This document shows positions 1 to 7,063 of a stretch of DNA of 24,000 nucleotides, piece by piece. The position numbers and the translations under genes are program-made. Under the pieces are notes generated by a model that saw nothing but the letters and a program-made list of their open reading frames with translations, was not told where the DNA came from and made no database searches. This DNA comes from Candidatus Saccharimonadales bacterium (GTDB lineage Bacteria > Patescibacteriota > Saccharimonadia > Saccharimonadales > Saccharimonadaceae). Positions within the stretch are counted from its first letter, which is position 1. Every line of letters begins with the position of its first letter. The stretch is from the NCBI GenBank assembly GCA_049289035.1, contig JBAQIV010000048.1, forward strand, positions 1-24,000, in the 5' to 3' direction.

Positions 1-61
1 AGAAGACAACAAGATAGGCTCAACAACGTACAAACAAGCATGTACCAACAGAAATGGGAGG

Positions 62-99
62 TCATAAAACCGAGCATCCAGCTAGCGCTGGAAGCTCGG
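62..99 (-). terminator. Putative intrinsic terminator downstream of the ABC transporter gene
   Basis: Hairpin CCGAGCATCCAGC-TAGC-GCTGGAAGCTCGG at 70-99 (12 bp, one A/A mismatch). On the minus strand it is followed directly by TTTTATG (69-63). It lies about 87 nt past the ABC transporter stop at 186. Confidence 0.55.
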
Positions 100-185
100 A
101 TGGGGTGCTGAGGTGCGAAATGCGTGACAGTTTGTATTATACGACACTACACAACAAATGCAAGCAGGAGTAGCTTATCCTTTAC

Positions 186-2411
186 CTAGTGTAGTTTTAT
201 AACCACTTCGTCGTCTCCAGATGACCGCTCTTCGTCAAGGTTAGGTATGGGCTCTTGACTATCGCGTCTCGAGCGGCCTACGTAGTCATCGTCGGTATGT
301 TTGACCGTAAAAATTAGCGTCTTGCCATCCGGGGCAGGTTGGTCACCTTCTCTATCGGCCGAAGGTGTAATAATCGTTTGCACAGGCTGAGCGGCTTCTT
401 TCAGGCCTATATAGTCATCGACTGAGTTTGGCAGTATGTAGCTTTTTTCTTCGGCCACCTCGCGGGCGATCTGTTGCTCGGTGATACCCTCGAGGAGACG
501 GAGGTAATAGTCCAGCCCGCCCAGCTCGTTCACATTGCGCAGTGTACCGTTGTCGAGTACATAGACTGTGTCCATGAGAGCAAGCAACGATTTACGGTGA
601 GTCACCATAAGAACGGTTTTGTCCTTGATGATCTGCATCAAAGAATCGCGGATGTAGTTTTCACTTTTCGCGTCAAGGGCCGCAGTCGGTTCGTCGAGAC
701 AAAGTATGGGCGCGTTCTTAATGAGTGCCCGCGCTATAGCCACGCGCTGGCGCTGACCGCCACTGAGCGATGAACCATTTTCTCCGACTGGCGAATTAAC
801 ACCAAGCGGCATCTTGACGACAAATTCTAGCACATTGGATGTCTCAATTGCCTGCTTCACTTCGTCCATAGTTATCTGTCGATAGACATCACCGTCGTAG
901 ATATTTTCGAGGATACTACCAGTAAACAACTGTGGCGACTGACTCACCCAGGCTACCTTTTGGCGTAAGTCACGAAGTGAAAAGTTTTGCGTGTCATAGC
1001 CGCCCAGCATAACACGCCCTGCCTCCGGTTCGATAAAGAGCGGCAATAGTTTGAGTACCGTACTCTTACCGCCGCCACTTGGGCCAATAATTGCCACCTT
1101 TTCGCCTTCAGCAATGTGAAGATTTAGGTCATCAAAGACCGTCTGGCCATTGTAGGAGTACTTGACGTGTTCGAAATCTATGACGCCGCGAACATTGGGT
1201 GGTAGTGGATTGTTTTTCCTGAGATCATCGATCCCTTCGTGGTCACTCAAAACTTCATAGACACGACCGACATCGATGATTTTTTGGTACCGCGAAGTAA
1301 TTTTCTGCACCAGACTTTCGACCGGTCCAAGTAAATACCCCATATACGTCATAAATATAAAGAGCTGACCAAATGTCATCTGGTGATGCATGGCCGCAGA
1401 ACCACCAAAATACATGACTGTCGACGTCGCAAGTATGACAAGAAATGAGTTGCTGTTTTTGAGCAGATTGCCCCACATCATACTTTTGTAACTCAGGCGG
1501 AAACCTTCTTGCCAATACTCATCAACCCGAAAAAGCTGCTTGTCTTCAAGCGTAAAGGTTTGGACTGTCTCAGCGTTGTCGACTGCTTCGTTGATAGCAC
1601 TTGCCGTTTTGCTATTGAGCTGTGTCAATTTTGTCGAATACTTACCAAGCTGCGGGCCGATTAACTTCATTGTTAGATACAAAAACGGCATCAAGATAAC
1701 CGAGACAATTGTCAGCGGTAGGTTAAACAACATCATGATGATAAGCACACCAATGATCATAATGATGGAACTTATGATCGACGAGGTCGTGCCGAGGACT
1801 AAATCCGACAGGCTATTGGTCACAACGTTTTGCCGATAAACATAGTCGCCCTTGGCGAGGCGTTCCTGGTGGTACAGCGGCAAGTGCAAGATATGCCGAA
1901 ACGACTCAGCTTTGATAGAACGGTTGAGCCAAAACCCTATGCGCAGTAGTATGTAGTCGCTGATCCAGCCAACAACAGCCCCAATAAAAAATATCGCAAT
2001 CGACATGAGTGCCGTAATAGCGATGAGATCAGTTGTGCCTGTATATGGCGCAAGCGGGCCTGGTGCTGGTATAGTCCCAAACGCTGAGTCTGCCATGATC
2101 TTCATCGGCCACGGCTTGAGTAGCATTATGCCAGCTTGGATAGTGCCAAGCACCACCACAACGGCCACTGCTGGACGAGCGCGTTTTTGGTATTTCTTCA
2201 GCCAGGTCTTAAAGTCGGTCTTGATTGTCTGACGGCCATTGTTTCGAAACCATATCTCGATCGCTTGGTTGATCAGTCCCGCTGGCCAACCGACACGTAT
2301 AAGCACATCGGCCAACATATTTGGCGGCACCTGGCTAGCCACGGCCATCTGAACCGCATTGAGCGCCTTCGCCAGAGCTCCAGATTCGTCGGGGCTATTT
2401 TGGTTATGCAT
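186..2411 (-). CDS. ABC transporter, fused permease/ATP-binding protein (MsbA/multidrug-exporter type) with extra N- and C-terminal regions
   Basis: 741-aa ORF. Walker A GPSGGGKST, ABC signature LSGGQRQRVAIARAL, Walker B ILCLDEPTAALD and H-loop LMVTHR are present. A hydrophobic multi-helix transmembrane domain precedes the NBD. About 80 aa N-terminal and about 110 aa acidic C-terminal extensions lie outside the canonical core. Confidence 0.9.
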   Translation of the reverse strand: MHNQNSPDESGALAKALNAVQMAVASQVPPNMLADVLIRVGWPAGLINQAIEIWFRNNGRQTIKTDFKTWLKKYQKRARPAVAVVVVLGTIQAGIMLLKPWPMKIMADSAFGTIPAPGPLAPYTGTTDLIAITALMSIAIFFIGAVVGWISDYILLRIGFWLNRSIKAESFRHILHLPLYHQERLAKGDYVYRQNVVTNSLSDLVLGTTSSIISSIIMIIGVLIIMMLFNLPLTIVSVILMPFLYLTMKLIGPQLGKYSTKLTQLNSKTASAINEAVDNAETVQTFTLEDKQLFRVDEYWQEGFRLSYKSMMWGNLLKNSNSFLVILATSTVMYFGGSAAMHHQMTFGQLFIFMTYMGYLLGPVESLVQKITSRYQKIIDVGRVYEVLSDHEGIDDLRKNNPLPPNVRGVIDFEHVKYSYNGQTVFDDLNLHIAEGEKVAIIGPSGGGKSTVLKLLPLFIEPEAGRVMLGGYDTQNFSLRDLRQKVAWVSQSPQLFTGSILENIYDGDVYRQITMDEVKQAIETSNVLEFVVKMPLGVNSPVGENGSSLSGGQRQRVAIARALIKNAPILCLDEPTAALDAKSENYIRDSLMQIIKDKTVLMVTHRKSLLALMDTVYVLDNGTLRNVNELGGLDYYLRLLEGITEQQIAREVAEEKSYILPNSVDDYIGLKEAAQPVQTIITPSADREGDQPAPDGKTLIFTVKHTDDDYVGRSRRDSQEPIPNLDEERSSGDDEVVIKLH

Positions 2412-2471
2412 AGATAGATGTAGTATACAAGGTTTTGGGTGTCAGGCGCCAGTCATAAGCACTTTGAAATA

Positions 2472-3560
2472 TCACTGATGACACAATTTTTTGCAGTACG
2501 CCGCGATGTTGGCATTGTGCTCGGCTTCGGTACGGGCAAAATGCGTTGTGCCGTCGTCGCCTGCGACAAAATACACATAATCACCGGCCGCCGGTGCGGC
2601 CACAGCCTCGAGTGCCGAGAGATTGAAGTTGGAAATCGGTCCGGGAGGTAAGCCTTTTACGCGGCGGGTGTTATAGGGCGAAGGATCGTTGACGCTGGGC
2701 GTCCGCCCCTCTTTGGCGGCGATATAGAGAAAGGTTACGTCCGACCCAAGTGCTATATTGTCGCGTAGTCGTTTTAAAAATACCTGGGCTACTTGCGGCT
2801 GAACTTTGGGGTCGGAGACTTCTTTTTGAACGATTGAAGCAAGGATAATACCTTGGCGAAGCGTCAGTCCTTGCGCTTGCAAGCGTTGTTCGAATTTCCC
2901 CTCGGCAACGACTCGCTCCATTTCACGAAAACTCATCTTGAGCACCGCCTCGAGCGGATCGGCCGTCGATATGCCATAGGTGTCGGGATGTATGTAGCCC
3001 TCAAGTGATGTACCAGCTGGTTTGTCGGTAAAAATCGTAGACACATATGAGGCGGCAAACGCTGTTTTCACTTCATTTGGTGTAAAACCTTGATCGGCGA
3101 GACTGCCGCGTATGGTTGGGTCGGCCAGCTGTTCAAGCGTGAGACCGGGCAGGATAATAACACTGTATTTGTCTGTCGAGCCATCGACCAAACCAGCTAC
3201 AATTTCTGCAACTGATTGCGATTTTTTCAAGGCATGACCGCCAGCACGAAGACTACTCTTTGTACCAGTGAGTAGTGTATAGATTTCAAACGCCATGCGA
3301 TTTCTAATGAGATGGTGTTCCTCAAGCAGCCGCCCAATATCTGCCGCTGTGGCGCCTTCTGGTACAACAATACGTACAAATGTAGTGGCCGATCTATCGA
3401 CCGGGCTCAGCGCAAAGGCATACGAGGCAGCCGCAAGCAACAAAAACAAGCTGAAGCCGCTCGCAATAGCGATAATTTTTTTGCGATACGATGGTCGTCT
3501 AATCTTAAGTTGGCCTGGCGATGGCGGTAACGACGGACCGCGTAGCAAGTCGCCAATCAT
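2472..3560 (-). CDS. mltG: Endolytic murein transglycosylase MltG (YceG family)
   Basis: 362-aa ORF with an N-terminal TM helix (IIAIASGFSLFLLLAAASYAF). YceG-like motifs LASIVQKE and YNTRRVKGLPPGPISN are present. Its start overlaps the ruvX stop by 4 nt. Confidence 0.85.
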   Translation of the reverse strand: MIGDLLRGPSLPPSPGQLKIRRPSYRKKIIAIASGFSLFLLLAAASYAFALSPVDRSATTFVRIVVPEGATAADIGRLLEEHHLIRNRMAFEIYTLLTGTKSSLRAGGHALKKSQSVAEIVAGLVDGSTDKYSVIILPGLTLEQLADPTIRGSLADQGFTPNEVKTAFAASYVSTIFTDKPAGTSLEGYIHPDTYGISTADPLEAVLKMSFREMERVVAEGKFEQRLQAQGLTLRQGIILASIVQKEVSDPKVQPQVAQVFLKRLRDNIALGSDVTFLYIAAKEGRTPSVNDPSPYNTRRVKGLPPGPISNFNLSALEAVAAPAAGDYVYFVAGDDGTTHFARTEAEHNANIAAYCKKLCHQ

Positions 3561-3961
3561 AGCGTCTCCAGATAATCCTGGAGTATGATAGCTGCTGCAT
3601 GCGCATCGACATCGGCCTTGCTATACGGCAATCGACCAGAGTCTAGCTGTGCTTCGGCGACAACTGACGTCAGAGATTCGTCTTGAAAACTATACGGCAC
3701 ACCGAGTGAAGAGATGTGCGCCTCGACAAATGCTTCAACCTGGCGCGACTGTTCGGTCGCTTCACCAGACTGGTTGCGCGGGTAACCGACGATGATACGA
3801 TTGATCTGCTGCGTCGTAATCAGTTCTTTGAGTGCATCTATCTCGTTGCCGTCGACATCGATCGTCATGAGGGGTACTGCCAATTTCACACCATCGCGCG
3901 CCAGAGCCACCCCTATGCGGCGTGTGCCAACGTCGAGACCTAAGAAATTATTTCTTGGCAT
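3557..3961 (-). CDS. ruvX: Putative pre-16S rRNA nuclease / Holliday junction resolvase-like RuvX (YqgF)
   Basis: 134-aa ORF with the N-terminal RNase H-fold motif LGLDVGTRRIGVA. Size is typical of YqgF. It is adjacent to mltG, as in many Gram-positive genomes. Confidence 0.85.
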   Translation of the reverse strand: MPRNNFLGLDVGTRRIGVALARDGVKLAVPLMTIDVDGNEIDALKELITTQQINRIIVGYPRNQSGEATEQSRQVEAFVEAHISSLGVPYSFQDESLTSVVAEAQLDSGRLPYSKADVDAHAAAIILQDYLETL

Positions 3962-5576
3962 TGTCGACGAGGAATTTGATAGTTATCTTGTCTGCTGACG
4001 GCGCTGTCGAGACCCAAAACGGCGACAACGACACATTGACGTTTTGAATGCCTTCGTAGGTTTTGACATCAGCGATAATCTCGCCTTCTCGTTTGCCGAC
4101 GAGTTTTTTGGCAAGGGCCGTGGTGTCGATCGACGGGCCAATACGTCCTGAGGTAACGACATTGACCGTATAGGTAGCATCTTGGGTAGAATACCCGGCG
4201 AAACGAATCGCGTCCAGTCCGGCATCGTAGATTGTTTGGTTGGGAAGTCCGGCAAGCTGTTTGGTAAGATCTTTTTCGACAATAGCACGTAGGTCGCTAC
4301 GCGTTAAACCAATCATGCTATAGGTCGTCTCGACCGACAATTTCGCTGTCGTAGCTTCTTGCCCAACGGCCGGTGCGACCGATGGATTACCTGGTACGAC
4401 GACATAACTCTCTTCGATCACGATGACGTCAGCAGAAAACTGTTTTTTGAGGTCAGATTTGATGGCTGTCGCATCTTGGGTTTGCAACTTTTCTTTGGCG
4501 GCCTGTGCATCTTGTTCGCTCACAACCGTGATGGTTTTGTCTGTACCGCCACCAGTGGCTTCAGTAAAGGCTACCGATGAGACTCCTTGTACGGTCATAG
4601 TAGCGCTTCCAGTCGCGCCATTATACGATGCGCCACTCGCCGTCGCTGTAACGCCAACAGATGCACCGCTAAGACCGGTTGCGTCACCTTTTGCAAATGT
4701 TACTGAACCATCTGTCGTATAGGTTTTGCCCCCTGCTGAAGTGACGGTCGAGCCAGCCGGTACCGTGAGGCCTGACACCAATATAGTATATGCGTCGGTT
4801 TTTATTTTTACTTTGCCCGTGGCTTTTTCGCCGACATCTTTTGTGCCGGTAGCTTGAAAATCAACAGAAGCAGTTTTCTTGATCTCTTTGACAACAGTCG
4901 GCAAAATGCCTTTGTCGGCATCGAGCGTCGCTCCGCTTCGTGCGGTCAGCGGCTTGTTGACGCTATATGGTGTCGTCTTGGCCGTAATCGTAATCGTGGC
5001 ACGCGGTGCGAACACGATCGCCCAGACCAAAAACGTAATCAGCAGCGCTACACCACCGCCAATCAACAATAATTTCTTGCGGAATGCGTCAAAATTAGGC
5101 ACGCCCGCCGCACCTCGGCGTCGTGGGCGATCAGATGCTATAGTGACAGCGGAAGCAGCAGGTGCTATCTCGTCTTCTATCTCCTCAGTTACCGCATCGT
5201 CCTCTGTGGGAGGTCCCGCAGGGGTAACATCACTGCCTTCAATCACCTCATCATCCTCATTTGCTAGTTCTGGCTTTTCGGCAATTTCTGGCTTACTTTG
5301 AAGATTACGAGCAACCGGTAGTGACACCCCCGCGGCAAGTGCCGTCAGTGCATGGTCACTCGTAATAAGGACAATGCGTTTATGCGCACTGGTCGCTGCT
5401 CGATCGAGTAATTTTAGATTCACCACACTTTGCAGAGCGCCAAGCCGTTTGGGCGGCACGAGCGCCACAATTGCCGACTTAGAAGATTTAACTTTTTCGA
5501 TTATCGACGTAATGTCGTCTTCGACGTCGACATAGACGACATCTTTCTTGGTTTTTGCTTCATCTAGTTTGGTCAT
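3948..5576 (-). CDS. Uncharacterized bitopic membrane protein translationally coupled to the ftsA-like gene
   Basis: 542-aa ORF whose start overlaps the ftsA-like stop by 4 nt. It has a ~90-aa N-terminal globular region, an acidic linker, a basic patch (RPRRRG), one TM helix (LLLIGGGVALLITFLVWAIVFAP), then ~340 aa rich in T/S/G/V. I recognise no family. Confidence 0.75.
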   Translation of the reverse strand: MTKLDEAKTKKDVVYVDVEDDITSIIEKVKSSKSAIVALVPPKRLGALQSVVNLKLLDRAATSAHKRIVLITSDHALTALAAGVSLPVARNLQSKPEIAEKPELANEDDEVIEGSDVTPAGPPTEDDAVTEEIEDEIAPAASAVTIASDRPRRRGAAGVPNFDAFRKKLLLIGGGVALLITFLVWAIVFAPRATITITAKTTPYSVNKPLTARSGATLDADKGILPTVVKEIKKTASVDFQATGTKDVGEKATGKVKIKTDAYTILVSGLTVPAGSTVTSAGGKTYTTDGSVTFAKGDATGLSGASVGVTATASGASYNGATGSATMTVQGVSSVAFTEATGGGTDKTITVVSEQDAQAAKEKLQTQDATAIKSDLKKQFSADVIVIEESYVVVPGNPSVAPAVGQEATTAKLSVETTYSMIGLTRSDLRAIVEKDLTKQLAGLPNQTIYDAGLDAIRFAGYSTQDATYTVNVVTSGRIGPSIDTTALAKKLVGKREGEIIADVKTYEGIQNVNVSLSPFWVSTAPSADKITIKFLVDNAKK

Positions 5577-6841
5577 ATGCGTAATATTCGATTGAATTTT
5601 TCTTTGATAGTTTCGTTGTCGCTACCGATAATTGTATCATATCCAACCCGCAGCAAACCCATGGCCGTAATGTAGGTGTGGTCGTTGGCTTGACCGGTCA
5701 GATCGCGAATACCCACCACGTCGTCGGGCGAGATTAAGTGCACCGTTGGTCGTTTGGTAAACGGCAGGCTCTTGTACCAGTCTTCGCGCTGGAGTGCCTC
5801 TACGAGCGGCTTAAGGCTCGCACCGCCGCCACAGAGTAAAATGCGAGGCGGTAAGTGATCAACTGAGTCAAATTCACTGAGTGCCAGCTCGACACCGCCT
5901 ATCCAGACCTCAAGCGTTTTATCGATCGATTTGTGTAATTTCTCGGCAACTGTTTGTTTCAGCTGCGGCTCACTCAGGTTAACTTTGAGTTTTTCAGCGT
6001 CGTCATAGCTTATGTCCATATCGGTCGCAATAGTGCGGGTAAAACTGCGTCCACCAATGCCAAACATTTTTGTGCCTTCCACGCCGCCGTCATTGACGAC
6101 AGCGATGTCGGTCGTGCCGCCACCGACGTCGGCCAATATAGCCGTGAAGGTGCTGCTAGCATCGGTACCAAGTACGCTACGACTGACGGCAAACGGCTCT
6201 GCCGCCACCGCAATGAGGTCGAGGTCGAGTTCGGTAGCAGCTCGTTCTAGCGCGCCAATATGCACCATGGGTGCAAATGCTGTGTAGATCTGTATAGCAA
6301 CGTCTTTGCCTTGAAAACCAATCGGATTACTGACTTTATAGCCGTCAATGTGAATGCTCACGAGCGCTGAGTTAACCAGTTTTACTTCCACGTCACGATT
6401 GCCGGTCTCAAGCGCAATCTGTGCTTGAGCTTTTGTCTGGGCACGTTCTTGGACTTTTTCAATAATTAGCTCCATCTCAGAAACGTCCAGCGGCCGATCA
6501 GGCTGGGGACGACGGTAACGAATCGTCTGAGTGACGCCTTTCACTAGTTCACCGGCAATACCAATCACCGCCCGTTTGCCCTGCAAACCAGCCTGCTCCT
6601 CCGCAGCGGCTAGTGCTGTTTCGCAGTTTCGCACCACGCCAGCAATGTCAGCAATCGCGCCACTATGCATGTCATCAACTGATTGATGTGCTCGTCCAAC
6701 GCCAATTATCTCTATGTCGTCGTGTTTTATCCGCGCAATCAACGCCTTGACGTACTCGGTACCGATGTCCAACCCAACGACAATCGAATCGGTATCGGTC
6801 GATCGACCAGGCAATTTGCTCTTTATTTTATCTAAAATCAT
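5573..6841 (-). CDS. ftsA: Cell division protein FtsA-like actin-fold ATPase
   Basis: 422-aa ORF with actin/Hsp70-fold phosphate motifs VGLDIGTEYVKA and DVGGGTTDIAVV, followed by GIGGRSFTRTIA and AEKLK. LLCGGGASL is present. The basic/hydrophobic C-terminal tail (IKEKFNRILRI) is consistent with a membrane-targeting helix. Confidence 0.7.
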   Translation of the reverse strand: MILDKIKSKLPGRSTDTDSIVVGLDIGTEYVKALIARIKHDDIEIIGVGRAHQSVDDMHSGAIADIAGVVRNCETALAAAEEQAGLQGKRAVIGIAGELVKGVTQTIRYRRPQPDRPLDVSEMELIIEKVQERAQTKAQAQIALETGNRDVEVKLVNSALVSIHIDGYKVSNPIGFQGKDVAIQIYTAFAPMVHIGALERAATELDLDLIAVAAEPFAVSRSVLGTDASSTFTAILADVGGGTTDIAVVNDGGVEGTKMFGIGGRSFTRTIATDMDISYDDAEKLKVNLSEPQLKQTVAEKLHKSIDKTLEVWIGGVELALSEFDSVDHLPPRILLCGGGASLKPLVEALQREDWYKSLPFTKRPTVHLISPDDVVGIRDLTGQANDHTYITAMGLLRVGYDTIIGSDNETIKEKFNRILRI

Positions 6842-6849
6842 TATGATTG

Positions 6850-6879
6850 ATTATATAACAATACTGCATATGCTCGCAA
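6850..6879 (-). promoter_or_regulatory. Putative sigma70-type promoter for the ftsA-like operon
   Basis: The minus strand reads TTGCGA (6879-6874), an 18-nt spacer, TATAAT (6855-6850), then only 8 nt (CAATCATA) before the ATG at 6841. No Shine-Dalgarno sequence is present. Confidence 0.5.
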
Positions 6880-6922
6880 ATCTGCATAAACCGCGTCTGA
6901 AGAGTCGTTCTTTAAGCAACCA

Positions 6923-7063
6923 CTATACCATAGCCGCTTTGATACGGCGGATGCCCGCTGAACTGGCTTCTTCTTTGAGGATTTTGTACGTTTTGCCATT
7001 GGGGGTGCCGTCATCGTTCTGGGCCAACTGACCAGTGTGATCGACATGCGGGCCGCCGCAGAT
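6923..7063 (-). other. alaS: Conserved 3' continuation of the alaS reading frame beyond an in-frame TAA
   Basis: Same frame as alaS. After the TAA at 7064-7066 it translates as [46 protein letters not shown], ending at TAG 6923-6925. This contains the AlaRS editing-domain CGGxH zinc-ligand motif and the G(I/V)RRI(E/K)A motif. Confidence 0.8.

Noticed and set aside
1-185. Possible 3' end of a plus-strand gene or a small RNA at the window start
   Set aside because: Only short open frames running off the window edge are present (ending at TAA 66-68 or TGA 106-108). I found no tRNA-like T-loop. The hairpin at 70-99 has its U-tract on the minus strand, which fits a terminator for the ABC transporter gene.
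222-282. Nested short inverted repeats in the 3' part of the ABC transporter gene (CCGCTC...GAGCGG, GTCAAG...CTTGAC)
   Set aside because: The stems are only 6 bp each with large asymmetric loops, which is within chance expectation for this length of sequence.
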